NCBI RefSeq assembly: GCF_009914755.1
Contig: NC_060932.1
Strand: one strand, 5' to 3'
DNA from: the human T2T-CHM13v2.0 reference genome, Homo sapiens
DNA length: 64,000 bases
The translations under genes were made by a program, and so were the position numbers. Positions 26,946-41,580 of the stretch are shown piece by piece. How positions within the stretch are numbered: position 1 is the stretch's first letter; each line of letters begins with the position of its first letter. The notes under the pieces are model-generated. The model did not search any database. It was not told the DNA's origin and worked only from the letters and a program-made list of their open reading frames with translations.

Positions 26946-29705
26946 AAAATTTTGAGTATATAGATATATCTAATATTTCAAACAAAGCGTACTTTAAAAC
27001 ATTTTTAGTTTTTCTCAGTCAATAAAACTCTTGACCAAATAAAATCTCTGTCAAGCTACGGTTTTCACAAAATATAAAACTTTCTTTGTTTCCTAATAGC
27101 TGAGCTACAAGTAACTTTCTCACAGTTGGGGAAGGATCATGAGGTCACTCGGTCCACCCTGGAATGGAATGCCCACTTGTTGCTTGTTCAGGGAACTGAT
27201 GATGCCAACAATTCTTTGTCTTTGGTATAATCAGACTCTGAAGTGGGTCCAGCCCTCTCGGTACAGGCTGCCAATGCAGGCAGCATCACTTCCAGATAAT
27301 TTCCCTCGGTTCTGCTGACTTGGAAAATCAACTCCCAGTCAGACAGGGTGCCCCTATTCAGATGGGACCAATGTTTCTTAACCTTTCTTTTTAGGGGTTG
27401 GGGGGTGCTGGAGGAGATGCATGAAACATTTTGAAATAAAAAAGGATTCATGTGAATCCTGAAGCCAAGGTCAATCAACACTTAAAATAAGATTTAAAAG
27501 TAAACTATTTTGCAAAACCAAGCATTTTCTTTTCCCACTTCTAAAATATTTTCTAATGGCAATGATTTGAGTTGGGTAAAGTATAGCTTTCAGTGTTTTA
27601 TCTAATAGATGGAGAGACATCAGAGTGATTTCTGACACTCCTTATGACCCAAAACATTATTCAGCAGCAGCTTGTCCTGGCTATTTTTTCATTCTACTGT
27701 TGGCATTGGCACATCTGGGGAAAGTTCGTATTTCCGTCAAAGAAAAACACAGGTTAAAAGAAAACTACATAGTATAATTTTATTTCCACTGAGTGAGCTT
27801 GGCAAGCTATTACAACTTTCACTCTTAAGCTCTATGTATAAGATGTTAGTTATCTAGGGGTTATACTCACTTCTTACACATTTAAAGGCAGCAATACATG
27901 CTGAGTTATGGCTATGAAGAATCTCCCTACAGCTATTCTCAGAGTCAAGACAGGGCCCTGACCACTATGTTTACAAGTGTTTTTGACTTTGCAGTATCTG
28001 CAACTACAGATGGCACACACAAAGTATCCCCAAACACTTTCTTGGCAAAACCAGTTTGGAAACCTTTATCTTACTCATGAGGCATGTTTCTGTTATGTAA
28101 TACAGCACGCTGTGAAGAATCACAAGGCCTGGAAGGACTGTACCCTCTCCAGCATTTCTAGATCAGAGGTGAAATAACAAAAGAATATGAATTGATAAGA
28201 CTATAAAGAGAAAATGTTTTATCAAGCTGTAGTTGAGGGAAATTGCAGTGATCCACCCAAAGGCCTGTTATTTGCTCTGGTAAACATTATCATTTTACTA
28301 TTTTACAACTGAGGAAGCCAAGTTTGGGAGAATATAACTAACTTTCCCAGTAGCACTGCTAGATAATATGACAAAGGTAAGATGACAAAGTCAAATGATC
28401 CCATATTCCAATACCACATGGATTCTGACATCCTTTCCTTAACTGAATACATGTGAAAAATACTATTGTTTAGTTATTTCAGATACTATGGGAGGCAACA
28501 TTAATGTGAATAATAGAGTGTAAATAAAAGAAACATTTTCTTAAACTTTGATATGTGTTTCCATATCTGTGTTTGAATATGGATGTTGCTAAAACCCTTA
28601 AAATTCATATAACTGCCTCATTCCCCAAAGCCAGGGGAGAAATTTAGCTATCTTGATTTCAAAGCAAACCTCATATTTCTTTCCCTTTCAATGACTTTTG
28701 GATTTGGAATTTCCAAGGCACAAAATGAGATTAATGTACTTACAGGGATAAAATAACTGATTTGAAATCAGAATTGTTTGAAACACATGGTTACTGTTTT
28801 TGCAAAATGTAATCTAGGGTTATACACAAGAAAGGTGATAATGTTAACAGAGAAGTTACTAGAACTGAGCTAATGAAAATGTCATCGGAAAGTTAAAGAC
28901 AAAATTTATTTTAGATAAATCTGTATTGTTTACGCATTCACAGGACTAAGCGGGTGATACTTTAGTAACATGCCTTGCTATTTCTAAATCATGGAGAGAC
29001 AGAAGAATGCTTGGAATTAAAAAGGCAGTTGAACTAATTAATCTGCAATGATGTTTTCAGACTGAAATGTTATATTCTAAGTTTCTGAAAGAATTACACT
29101 TTGTAGCCAGCTAAAGATCTTGGAAAGGAATACACATATTAAACATCCTGACAAATATTTTCCTATCTACAAGGTTTTTAAATTCCTGCAGCATATGATA
29201 ACAATGGAAAATCTAGATAACTAAAACTGTATTATATGATACGGGGTTGTGGTTTTCATTAATAATAATAATACAACATCAAAAATATTAAATCAACAAT
29301 AAAAGTAGTATATACTTTTAGAAATTAAAAAAATGGAAAAGAAAATTTTAAAATATACTGAAAGGTAAAGAGCAAAAACAAATACTAAACCATGCCAAAC
29401 ACAAATAAAGATAACATGTTGATGTGTTTTCTTCATATCTTTTTTTCAAACATAAGGCTTGGGCATTTTTTAATACATATAATTGAAACCATACAAATCT
29501 GTACACTTGTTTTGCATTCTGTGTGAATCTACCCCATCTTATTTAACCATTCTCCTATAGTCAGACATACAGAATATATTCTTTTCAAATATAAGTAACA
29601 TTGTTACTACAATTACATTGAAAAAAAGATTGTTTCTAACAATCTTTTTTTCTAGCAAAGATGGTTGCTGGCAAGAGGATCAAAATATATAAATCATTTA
29701 AAATT

Positions 29706-30337
29706 TTATTCAACATTAGTTCTATGATGCACATTTTTAAAAATTTTTAAATCTCTGAATTTGTAATGCAACATACAACAAATGAAGTCAAATTTCACTT
29801 TTGGCTAGGCAGTAGTTTTCATTGCCTTCGTGTGTGTCAACTCAGTGGGTACACCTGGTAGCAACAACTGGATCACGGTACCCCCCACATTTTGGTTCAC
29901 AAGCTCTAAAAGGGATCTTTTGAAGAAAAAATAACAGTCTTGGCTATTCCCTGAGAAATTTATATTGACATCCTTCTGGCAAGATCAAGAACACACGTTT
30001 CAAAACTTACTTACTGGGATTTAGCCACTCCCACTGAAAGAAGGACATAACATTTTATCCTTGATAGCACAGGAGACAAAATTATGTAGAGAAATGTGGA
30101 CATAAACAACTCCAAGTAAAAGAGTAACACGGAGATTTGGATTCTGAATATAAAGTGGTTTGCTTGTATTTTTCTTTTTATACAGGCATTAGAAATATAA
30201 ATAATAAAAATTCATGTCTAAAGAATTCTAAAATAACTAAGTATAAAACAAATATTATAAATGACAAGAAATCATTGTGTTAAAGTATAGGCAGCTTTAT
30301 TTCTTCCTTAGTGATAAAAAAAGTTGCATCTTAAAAT
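29706..30337 (+). mobile_element. Kanga/MER104-like (TcMar-Tc2) DNA transposon, right end split by the ERV
   Basis: Left end tctatgatgcacattttt..atctctgaa; right end gttgcatcttaaaat is continued after the provirus by caatgatgttttagatcc (35109-35126). Confidence 0.65.
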
Positions 30338-30798
30338 TAAAGGAGTTAAAAAAAATATGACATTCTGACTATTAACTATTTAGACGAAAGGCATTTGAAA
30401 AACAGCAGGTGCAAAAAGATCACTCCGAACTCTGTGCTGTTTCTTAAACGCAGAAGATGAAATTCCCATGTGAAGGATGCAACATCCTTATCCTCAAGGA
30501 CAAGAAGTCAAGACCAAGAGAACTATATACAGACGCATTAAAATAATTATTATCTTTTAAGCTCCCCACATAATTTAGTTGCATCTTCACAATTATTCTT
30601 TGTCCACTTCAGTATGTAAGCAACTGACATTTAACTGATTCTTTAGGTCTTCATGTCTTTATGAAGATGCCAGTGCAATATAAAACTTGTATTAAATAAT
30701 TTGTGTGCTTTTCTTCTATGATGTATCTTATGTCAATTTAATTTTCAGACTCAGCCAGGATCCTAAGAGGATGGAGATAGAGTTTTTCCATCTCTACA
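30338..30798 (+). repeat. 5' LTR (MER34 family)
   Basis: taaaggagttaaa...tctctaca; aligns by eye to 34689-35104. Confidence 0.88.
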
Positions 30799-30839
30799 GT
30801 TTCTTGGAATAAAGATGGGAATCTAAAATATGGGAATGC

Positions 30840-30940
30840 CTACTTAGGAGGCTGAGGTGGGAGGATCATTTAAGCCTGGGAGATCAAAATCAGTCTGGGC
30901 AACAAGGCAAGACCCCATCTCAAACAAACAAACAAACAAA
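30840..30940 (+). mobile_element. Alu monomer fragment within the ERV leader
   Basis: ctacttaggaggctgaggtgggaggatcatttaagcc...gaccccatctc(AAAC)n. Confidence 0.8.
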
Positions 30941-33430
30941 GACTGGCTTGCTCCACTTGCTCTGGAGCCTGAGGAGGTGATCCTGGGAGAACTGACAAAA
31001 GCTGGCAGAAGGCAGGAATTCTTAACAAAGCCAGTTATCCTGGGTCTCTGTCTACAGTGTCTGGTTGAGAGAGGAAGACAAAAAACTTTTCCTTATTCCT
31101 TCCTTTCCAAATTCAGATTGGCAGAAGAAAAATGTAACAATTGGTTCTTTGATTTGTGACCCTTTTGAATTTGGATCTGGCTACTCCTTGGTCACTGATC
31201 CACACATTCAGGAATGGTTCTTGTTTTCCTTGTTTCTCTTTTGTATTATTTGTTATAAGGAGAAAATTCACAGTAAGATTCTCCTTTTATTTTCTTTTAT
31301 GTCTTGAGAGCTCAGCTTTGTGACTAGTGAAAATATTATCTCTGGTCTCTGCCAGCCATTGGGGGTGCAAGTTGTTAGGCTTGCATCAGGCAGCTCAGCT
31401 AGCCCGCTGGCTAGGAGTCAAAAACACAAACTGTCTCTTACTGTGACTGACAATGCCATCTCTCAGGGGAATTTGTCTTAACTGTCTCTACCTTCCATGC
31501 CTTGTTAACAATGGAGGTCTTGGCTTTCTTAGGCTATTTTTGGGAGTAACTTTGGATCTTGAGGTGGACTGCATCTTTTGCACCCTCTTTGGAACATGCT
31601 CTTGCATCTAGGATGAAAAGACTTACTGATTTTAAGCCATAAAAAAAGCTTATTGGTTTTTAGTCAAAATTAAAGTAGGTATAATTAGATTATGTAGTAG
31701 ATTTGCTTTTTCTTAACTAAAAGTATTTTTATGGATAGCTCTCATTCCAGAAACAAACAAAAAACCACCAAAACTGTCCTATTGGTACCTATGGGAAGAT
31801 ATGGTTTAAAGCAAGAAAATAAGTGCTTACATAAATAAAATATTATCTCAGGACAAATAAAAACTAACTTAAATGTTCTTTAAGGTCATGTGATCTGAGA
31901 TAATCCTTCGGTTAAAAAAACGCTAGTTTAAGGTTAGTGGTTTAATTAAAGCAGGCATACCTTCAGAATTGTCAACATTAAATATAATGCATACAACTTA
32001 TTCTACCTGGATTTACTAATCAAAAATCTTACATATGTTTAAGATTGTAAAATTATAAATTCAATCTAAGAATAAAATGTACAATAAAAGTAAATTACCT
32101 AATGTATGTCAAGCATGACAGTAAAAGAGAAAAAGGAAAGGCTGAATGTTTAACTTTGTAGGTGCTTTATTTCGATAGTGTTTAATACTTGCCTAATATA
32201 TATAGATAAGGATAAAAATGATCAGCAAAACAATAAGTTAATGATGAGATGCAATGTCTCACGAAGTTTTCATGAACAATCCAAGTATAATTGTTAAAAC
32301 AAAGTAAATTAATAAATGTTAATGTAAATAGAATAACAGTTTATAAATAAACTTTTCAACACTGATACGTTTTATAAGCTATGTCTATCTAAACGTAGTT
32401 TCCAGAATCTTTTTGGTGACTTAAAACCTTAAGTTATATTAACTGAAATGATGGATATTCATGGAATGTCTAGATCATTTCCAAGTAAAATATAATACTC
32501 AAACATTAACTGCTGAAAATAAGTTTAAGCTTGTTTATGTTTGACTTATTGTTACAGAGGAACAAAAAATATTTGGGTCTATTAATAAACATGTCCTGTG
32601 CCACACTGACAAATTGTGCTATAAGATAGCATATATTTCCAGAAATTAAGAAATAATGTATTCACTGATTTATGAAAGACAATGCTTGCTTCCGAGTTCT
32701 CACCAGAAACCGAAGTCATTAGGAGTTAAGAATCTAATTAATGTATATACTCAAAGTTACTAGAAATAATAGGGGAAACAACTTTGTATACAAAGTACAC
32801 AAGGAAAATAGACATTTTTGGTAAGAAAAGTTATAAGATATGAAAGATGTATTTTTGTTATGGAAAGAGTAATTTTGTTTTAGTTTAGAGCTATTTCAAA
32901 GGTTGTTTCAGAAAGAATCAATGAATGAAGGATAAAAACTGAAAGGATACAGAAAGTCAAAAAGAGAACAAAAGAGGAAATCTTATATAATCAAGCTGAG
33001 TAAATTGAATGAATTTACTACAAGATTTTTTAGAATAAGCCTTAATATAAGGAGTAAACTGACTCAAAACTAGAATTTGGTCTTCTCTATTAAAAGAACA
33101 AAGTTTTCTTGGGGATTAGTCTGACGTTGATAAGAAAACTATAAAACCATTTTACTTTATCTTTTAAATAATTTGCCTAGAAAACAAAGATTTTGTGTTT
33201 TACCAAAATAATTTCTTGTGCTTCATGTTGTCTTTTATCAGGTCTCAATAATTTTAAAAAACTGAGCCCTGTTAAAGAAGCTAAGCTTTTCCCTACAACC
33301 TTTTTTAAGTTTCCATATTTGCCTTTAAAATCTTTTGTTACTCTGGTATGGTTTCACAGTTAATTGTGATCCTCTTTTATCAAGTGTTTAAACATTTTGA
33401 CATTTTTGACAACTTTCTGAAATCAAATTT

Positions 33431-33728
33431 TTCTTTTCTTTTTTCTTTTGAGAAGGAGTCTCGCTCTATCGCCCAGGCTGAAGTGCAGTGGCGCAATCTC
33501 AGCTCACTGCAACTTCTGCCTCGGGGTTTAAGGATTCTCCTGCCTCAGCCTCCCAAGTAGCAGAGATTACAGGTGTCCACCACCACACCCAGCTAATTTT
33601 TGTATTTTAGTATAGACGGGGTTTCACCATGTTGGCCAGGGTGGTCTCGAACTCCTGACCTGAAGTGATCCACCTGCCTCAGCCTCCCAAAGTGCTGGGA
33701 TTACAGGCGTGAGCCACTGCACCCAGCC
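33431..33728 (-). mobile_element. AluS inside the ERV internal region
   Basis: gagtctcgctctatcgcccaggctg...gagccactgcacccagcc. Confidence 0.95.
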
Positions 33729-34688
33729 AGAAGTGTTCAAAATGGGACCCTGAAATGTCTGAAAAGCATTTATCCTCTCACCTTATAAAAAGAGAGATCC
33801 TAAACTAATTAGACTTATTTGGGATGCTGAACGTACATGGGATGCACTGTTAAATAAGAGATTATATTTAACCCTTCTTTGAGCTATATTTGTTATGTTA
33901 TTAATATGACTATTTCCAAAATACTCATATTACTAGATCATGAGTTCTTCTGGTTTCCTCTAATATTTGACTACAACTCTCCAAATTAATATTTCCAAAT
34001 TTCTCCCATCCTTCTGACTTGAAATCTCTAAAAAATTAAAATTGCCCTTTTCCTAAGACCCTGAAAGCTGAAACTGGACAACCTAATATAAACTTCAGAG
34101 AAATCATTCTATGAGATCATGTGTGAACAACTTTCATGCCTGCTGCTATATAGATCACTTAGAAAGTTCATCAGCACACCCAATGGCATTACCAGAGATA
34201 TTCAGACTACAAACCAGGAAATTCATCACAATTGCCACTACTTGTACTCACTCCTCTATCTAAAGATGCTTAAAAGCCCAACATCTAAACATCTTCTCAA
34301 CTGACTGCCCACTGGACTAAAAAAATGGGTTTACAACTTGCTCCAACTATTATACTTTTTCCTTTTTTTTCCCCCCAAAGAAATGCCTCTTATATAGCAC
34401 TTGTTTGCTTACATCATCTAGAGGTCTAACTTAGATGGGAGCCCACCTACAACATTGCCTCCTAATATGAGATACAACTGCTTAACCGGACTGAACTATT
34501 CTCGTAACTAAGACTGATCCATTAAGATTTGGGACAATATACTTAGAATTGTTATCTTCTGCTTGTTCCAATTAATGTTCTTCTCTCCCTTTGCAGATAT
34601 TTTGCTACTCATTTGATTTCTCTCTTCACAGCTAGCGACTCAGCTTTTAATATGTGAAACTTCTAGGGAAGTTCCCGATGGAGGAAAA

Positions 34689-35104
34689 TGGAGTTAAAAT
34701 ACTGACTATTTAAGTTAAAGGCATTGGAAAAACAGTAGCTGTACTCTGACCTTTGTGCTGTTTCTTAAAAGCAGCAGATGAGATTCCCATGTGAAAGATG
34801 CAACATCTTTATCCTCAAGGACAAGAAGTCAAGACCAAGAAAAGTTTACACATAACTTGATAAACTAACTTTCCTATCTCCCCAAATAATTTATGGCTTC
34901 TTCATAACTTACTATTCTTTATCCATTAGTAAGTGACTGTGTTTCTTCTGGTCTTTGTTTCTTTATGATACCTCCAGTGCCACCTAAAACTTGTATTAAA
35001 TAATTTTGTATGCTTTTCTCCTATTGATCTGTCTTATGTCAATTTAATTCTTGGACTCAGCTGGGACCCTAAGAAGATGGAGGTGGAATTTTGCTGCCCC
35101 TACA
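34689..35104 (+). repeat. 3' LTR (MER34 family)
   Basis: tggagttaaaat...ctgcccctaca. Confidence 0.88.
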
Positions 35105-35497
35105 ACATCAATGATGTTTTAGATCCAACAAAGCACACTGTATTGCCAAATTGCTCTTCAAAGGCGTTACATAAATTTACAAACCAGCAAAGTGTGGTGG
35201 TGGCCAAACAGTTAAACATTTTTAAATTATATTAAAATATTTTAAAATTCTATATTACGTACAGAATATATTAGGAAATAAAATAAAATAGAAAAACTTA
35301 TTAAAGCATTTATATTTATGAAAGATTACTTAAATATAAATTTCCACACACCTTTCATCTTGTGCAAATTAGGTGCATAAGAAATATTTGTTGATGATAA
35401 TGTGCTTCTTAATGCTGTAGTAGCAGTATCAAAATATAATATTATTGAGGTAATAGTTAAACATGACATATTTTGACATTAAAATAGTTTGCCGTTT

Positions 35498-35837
<340 letters not shown>

Positions 35838-36533
35838 TTAAAAGATATTTATAGTAAAGGAAAACTTAGATTCACCCTCATCCCCTTCACAACTAATACA
35901 ACACAGTTTTTCTAAAACTGTGTTTCTTTAATTGTCAGAACAACAGCTGGATTTAAATTAAGATGAAACAAGATCTGGAGGATCTAGAGAATATAATAAT
36001 AAAAATATAGAATAAAATAATTTAAGCTTTCGTTTATTAAGTATCTATAGAACCAGGCTAAATACACACATCCTATCAAATAAAAATTTCATGCAGTAGG
36101 TATTATTATCCCTAGTTAACAGAAGATGAAACTAAATCTCAGGCCAAGTATTTAGAGTGAAATCACAATGGCAATGGCAGAGAGGATTCAAATTTAGGTC
36201 TCTCTGACTTTGAAGCATTTTACAGTTTATTTTAATCATTAGATTCCCAATTTGTAACTAAATACTAACTCTCCTCTGTACCCAAGCAAAATTCTGATCT
36301 CCAAATTACAGACACAAGACCTAAAGAAAATACTTCCAACATATAAGACAAATGATTCACATCCCTTATAAACAAATCGCTCCCACAGACAAGGCTAATG
36401 ATAGTCATAGATATGACCAGGCAAGTCTAGGAACATAAATACAAATTGCTAATAAATATTTAAGTAAATATTTAAAAACACTTTATCTTACTAGTGAATG
36501 GGGAACTGCAAATTGAAGTAAGATACCATTTTT

Positions 36534-36828
36534 AGCCGGGCGTGGTGGCTCACGCCTGTAATCCCAGCACTTTGGGAGGCCGAGGCGGGCGGATCACGAG
36601 GTCAGGAGATAGAGACCATCCTGGCTAACATGGTGAAACCCCGTCTCTACTAAACATACAAAAGAAAAAGCCAGGCGTGGTGGCGGGCGCCTGTAGTCCC
36701 AGCTGCTCCGGAGGCTGAGGCAGGAGAATGGCGGGAACCCGGGAGGCGGAGCTTGCAGTTGAGCCAAGATCGTGCCACTGCACTCCAGCCTGGGCGAAGA
36801 GAGAGACTCCGCCTCAAAAAAAAAAAAG
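36534..36828 (+). mobile_element. AluY with TSD, inserted in an old L1ME
   Basis: CpG-rich; gagaccatcctggctaac, gaatggcgggaacccgggaggcggagcttgcag; TSD aagataccattttta. Confidence 0.97.
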
Positions 36829-37053
36829 ATACCATTTTTATTTATGAGATAGATAAAAATTCAAAACATCACAATGGAGGACAGGATTTGTGAATTTGTA
36901 CCTATAAAAATATTTATTACTATTTTTGGGACTATAAAATAGCACCTATTTTAAAAAGTCAAGACACACATACCTTTAGGCCTATCGGGACTATTTCTTA
37001 GTATGTCTCCTATACAAATATTCACCCAAGTGGGCCAAGATATATGTTTGATA

Positions 37054-37343
37054 ATTTTTTTTTTTTTGAGACAAAGTCTCTTTCTGTCGCCCAGGCTGGA
37101 GTACAGTGGCACGATCTTGGCTAACTCAACCTCCACCTCCCGGGTTCAAGCAATTCTCGTGTCTCTCGAGTAGCTGGGATTACAGGCATACGCCAAAACA
37201 CCCGGCTAATTTTTGTATTTTTAGTAGAGTAGGGGTTTCGCCATGTTCGCCAGGCTGGTCTGGAACTCCTGGCCTCAGGTGATCCACCCCGCGTCGGCCT
37301 CCCAAAGTGCTGGGATTACAGGCATGAGCCACTGCGCCCAGCC
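37054..37343 (-). mobile_element. AluS
   Basis: T-tail then gagacaaagtctc...gagccactgcgccccagcc. Confidence 0.95.
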
Positions 37344-37646
37344 GTATGTTCGAGAATATTCTTAACAGCAGTGTTGAAATTATAAAGAATTAGAACAAAT
37401 TTAATCATTTGGGGACTGATTAAATTGTGGCACATTCATTAGAATATAATTCACACTTTTAAAATAATGAAGTAGATGTACAAGTAGTGGAAGGATATCT
37501 GTGATATATTACTGAATAAAAAAGCAAGTTGCAGCATAATGTATTAGTTATGATACAATATGGTTAACAAAAATAACGTATGTCTGTATTTTACAATGAA
37601 AGGTATAGCAGGGTAGAAACTGAATTGTTAAAAATGGTCACATCTT

Positions 37647-37800
37647 GCTGGGTGTGGTGGCTCACTCTTGTAATCCTAGCACTTTGGGAGGCTGAGGTGG
37701 GATGATCACTTGAGCTCAGGAGTTCAGGACCAGCCTGGGCAACATAGTGAGACCCTGTCTCTATTTTTAAAATAAAACAAACCAAAAAAATTAAAGAAAA
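37647..37800 (+). mobile_element. FLAM_C-like Alu monomer
   Basis: gctgggtgtggtggctcactcttgtaatcc...gagaccctgtctcta. Confidence 0.88.
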
Positions 37801-37934
37801 AGAAAAAAAAGGTTACATCTAAGGAGGGAAAGTTGCAGGGAAAAGTAAAGAAACATCATAATTTTGGTAAAATTTAGTAATTTTCAACTATTTTCATCAT
37901 CATAAAAATATTTTTAAGTAAAAAAGATAAACAC

Positions 37935-38263
37935 TTTTATTATTTTATTTTTTATTATATATTTTTTGAGACAGGGTTTTGCTCTGTTACCCAGGTTGGA
38001 ATGCAGTGGAATGCAGTGGCACGATCTCAGCTAACTGCAGCCTTGACCACCCGGGCTCAAGTGATACTCTTGCATCACCCTCCTGAGTATCTAGGACTAT
38101 AGGCAGGTGCCACCGCGCCTTGCTAATTTTTGCTTTTTTTTTTTCGTAGAGACTGTGTTTCGCCATGTTCTCAGGCTGGTCTTGAACTCCTGGGCTCAAG
38201 CGACCGGCCTATCTCACTCTCCCAAAGTGCTGGGATTACAGGCATAAGTCACCATGCCCGGCC
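37935..38263 (-). mobile_element. AluJ
   Basis: gagacagggttttgctctg...ctcctgggctcaagcg...catgcccggcc. Confidence 0.93.
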
Positions 38264-39319
38264 TGACAGAAACATTTTTAGAAGTGAGAAAAGTACATTC
38301 CTAAATGTGTTGCATGGATAGAAATTGATTTGAGAAAAATCTCAAGAAGATCAAGTTAAGGAGACAGAGTTGCAAAACATGTAGTCCAATTGTCTCACAG
38401 TTAAAATTCTTCCCATCTGAAGATGCTATCTTCTGTTTACCTGATTTTCTCATTGAAATTATTGAACTGTAATTTATATATAATAAATTTCAATCAGTTT
38501 TAAGTATACAATAAGTTTTTACAAATGACAGAAACACCACTATACATTTAGTTTTAAGGCTTCTGTGTCACTCTTGCTAAGGATCTGATAACTCATTATT
38601 TCAGGCACATTTACACTTTAACAGAATTCTGTTCACATCCTTTAAACCAAAGGGATAAAACTCTTGTTAGGATTCTTCTACCAAAGCACTTTATGTCAGG
38701 ACAAACTATCCATGTGCCATAGCCCAGGCCACTCATGAAAGCAAGACACAAATAAGTATCTGTGAGATCTCTAGAGTCTAGACAAGTACTCAGATTCTAG
38801 AAGATAAATTATCCACTGGAATTCCCATTCATTTCCTATTTGTTCCCAATTCACTTGCGCCTGTCAATTCTCTATGCCCCAGCTTCTCGGTTCAGTCGCC
38901 TCAGTTTGATAACTCACTTTTGGCTCCATTTGATTTTGCGTAAGCTGTGAACCCTCCACCTATTTGCTGTTTTCACCTTGGCCTTGGCTCGCTTCTACAG
39001 TATTTGCTCACTTCATTCACAGTTGCATCTTCTACTCCCACCTAGCCACTTGGAATAAGCTGTCTAACCCCCAACATGGACACTTAGAACTTAGCTCAAT
39101 TTTTTAAGGATAAAAAATATTTGGGGACTTTTCCCTGTCAACTCACATCATACTTTGAAGAACTTTCTCCTGTGTTCATGGTTAAAGCTGGTCCTCTGTT
39201 CTTCCTTTTACATCTTTGAATTTTATATTTGGTTTGCCTCTTAATTTTGACTAGGCTCTTTGACCCAATCTCTGAGCAATCTTTAAACTTAAATTCATAT
39301 TTGGGGGTAGAGATATATT

Positions 39320-39615
39320 ATTATTATCATTTCTTAGACAGGGTCTCACTCTGTTGCCTGGGTTGCAGTGCAGTCGTGAGATCCTGGCTCACTGTAGCCT
39401 TGACCTCCTGGGCTCAAGCAATCCCTCCACACAGCCTCTCAAGTAGCCAGGTGTGGTGTTTCACGCCTGTAGTTACCCAGTTAAATTTTGTATTTTTTGT
39501 AGACAGGGTTTTGCCATATTGGCTAGGCTGGTCTCGAACTTCTGGGCTCAAGTGTTCTGCCCGTCTCGGCCTCCCAAAGTGTGGGGATTACAGATGTAAG
39601 CCATGGCACCTGGCC
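39320..39615 (-). mobile_element. AluJ
   Basis: gacagggtctcactctgttgcc...catggcacctggcc. Confidence 0.9.
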
Positions 39616-40011
39616 TAGGAAATGACATTATAAACATCTATTTCATTTGACCTTTTTTCCCCAAGCAGCCTGTATTACTTTTGCAACTTTTTGTATTAAA
39701 AAAATCACTTTAAGACAAAAAGAGTAAGATGGAAAGTCACAGCTATTTCAAGGGAATCATTTGCCAGATCTTGACTTTATCTTCATGTGAACTCTTTCCC
39801 AAGAGATCTTTACCATGGCTCATCTCCCTCATTACAAAAGAAAGGCAAATTTCTCAATCATCCTGAACTTTACTATAATGCTTCAAGTATAAACACCTCC
39901 AGCGTACAAAACGAAGGGAAAAACTGAAGTAGTAAAGTTGGCGTTGAGAAAGTGAATTATTCTAATGACAGGGTAACAATAATTTTTGCAAGTGAGGGGA
40001 TTTCCAATTCC

Positions 40012-40256
40012 TTTTTTTTTTTTTTTTTAACAAAGTCTCGCTCTGTCACCCAGGCTGAAGTGCAGTAGCACAATCTCAGCTCAGGGCAACCTCCACCTCC
40101 TGGGTTGAAGTAAGCACACCTAATTCTTGTATTTTTAGTAGAGACGGGGTTTCACCATGTTGGCCAGGCTGGTTTCAAACACCTGACCTCAAGTGATCCA
40201 CCCACCTCAGCCTCCCAAGGTTCTGGGATTACAGGCATGAGCCACCATGCCTGGCT
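40012..40256 (-). mobile_element. AluS with internal deletion in the right arm
   Basis: Sequence jumps from cctgggttgaag to the middle A-rich linker; TSD tttccaattc. Confidence 0.9.
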
Positions 40257-40699
40257 GGGTTTTCCAATTCTTTGCTTTCAGCAGAACTGGAGGAGGACAT
40301 AATCCATTACATCAGCTGACATATATTAAAAATAACTCTTTTTCCTTTTTTTAAAACTACATGTTAGAGTTGTGAGAAAAAAATTACTTAATAATAAGTC
40401 ATCATGTGGGTTTTCTTTTTGATGCATAACCTGGAAAGACTTCAAAATGACATGGCTACAGCAAAACTTTTTACACTTGTATCTACTTATTTATGTAAGC
40501 ACAGTTTCTCAGGATGTAAAATATGCATATTAAAAAGAAAGAATGGAATTTATGCTGAACCTTGTCTCATTCTAGCAGCTAGTAATATTCATCAAGGTAA
40601 AATTATCCTAATTTGAAATTAAAAAAAATAGATCCACCCATCTCCTTAAGGGTGCAATTCCAATAAAAATTTAGCTTTTGTTTCTAATAACTGCATACA

Positions 40700-40747
40700 T
40701 TTTATGTACTATACTTCTTTTATGTACCATACTTCTTTTATGTACCA
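40700..40747. repeat. 18-bp tandem repeat (~2.6 copies)
   Basis: ttttatgtac(t/c)atacttc repeated. Confidence 0.9.
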
Positions 40748-41279
40748 ATGTATTGTTTCATTGAAAACTGGAGAAAGAAACTTTAACACTCAGAGCTTTA
40801 GGATCACAAAATGTCGTTTTATAATTCAATTAATATGGATATTATTGTTACAGAAAAGTATGATAGGGTGATCAAAATAACATTTTCAAGCTTAAAAACT
40901 ACATTAAGATAAAGGTATAAAAGGAGAGTAGAAGGAAAATCTGAGTTCAAACAGAAGGAATTATGTGGTAATTAGCACTGTTAAAGGGGAAATTGTTCAT
41001 CCATATATAAAAACACTTTTATTATGGAAAATTTCAAACATACACAAAAACAGAGAATGATATAGTAAACCCCTACCACCTGGCTTTAACAATTACTAGT
41101 ATTTTGCCAATATTATTTCATCTATTCCTCCTTTGTTTTTTTGGCTGAAGTTTTAAAGGCAAATTTTAGATATCTGTTTATAATAAATCATGTATTTGCA
41201 AAGCAAATGATGATAGGTATCAATTTAATATTGTACTTTGAGTTAATCAGAAACATTACAAAAGAGTAATATTTTTTAA

Positions 41280-41580
<301 letters not shown>

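Larger units (their letters stand above)
30338..35104 (+). mobile_element. MER34-like ERV1 non-autonomous provirus with two LTRs
   Basis: Homologous LTRs (shared gaaaaacag, ttcccatgtgaa, tcctcaaggacaagaagtcaagaccaaga, aaaacttgtattaaataatt, ctaca end); AT-rich internal region without retroviral ORFs; purine tract before the 3' LTR; flanks aaat/acat (degenerate 4-bp TSD). Confidence 0.88.

Noticed and set aside
30799-34688. Possible captured env gene (as in the MER34-derived HEMO)
   Set aside because: The internal region is AT-rich with stops in all frames; no gag, pol or env ORF or motif is visible.
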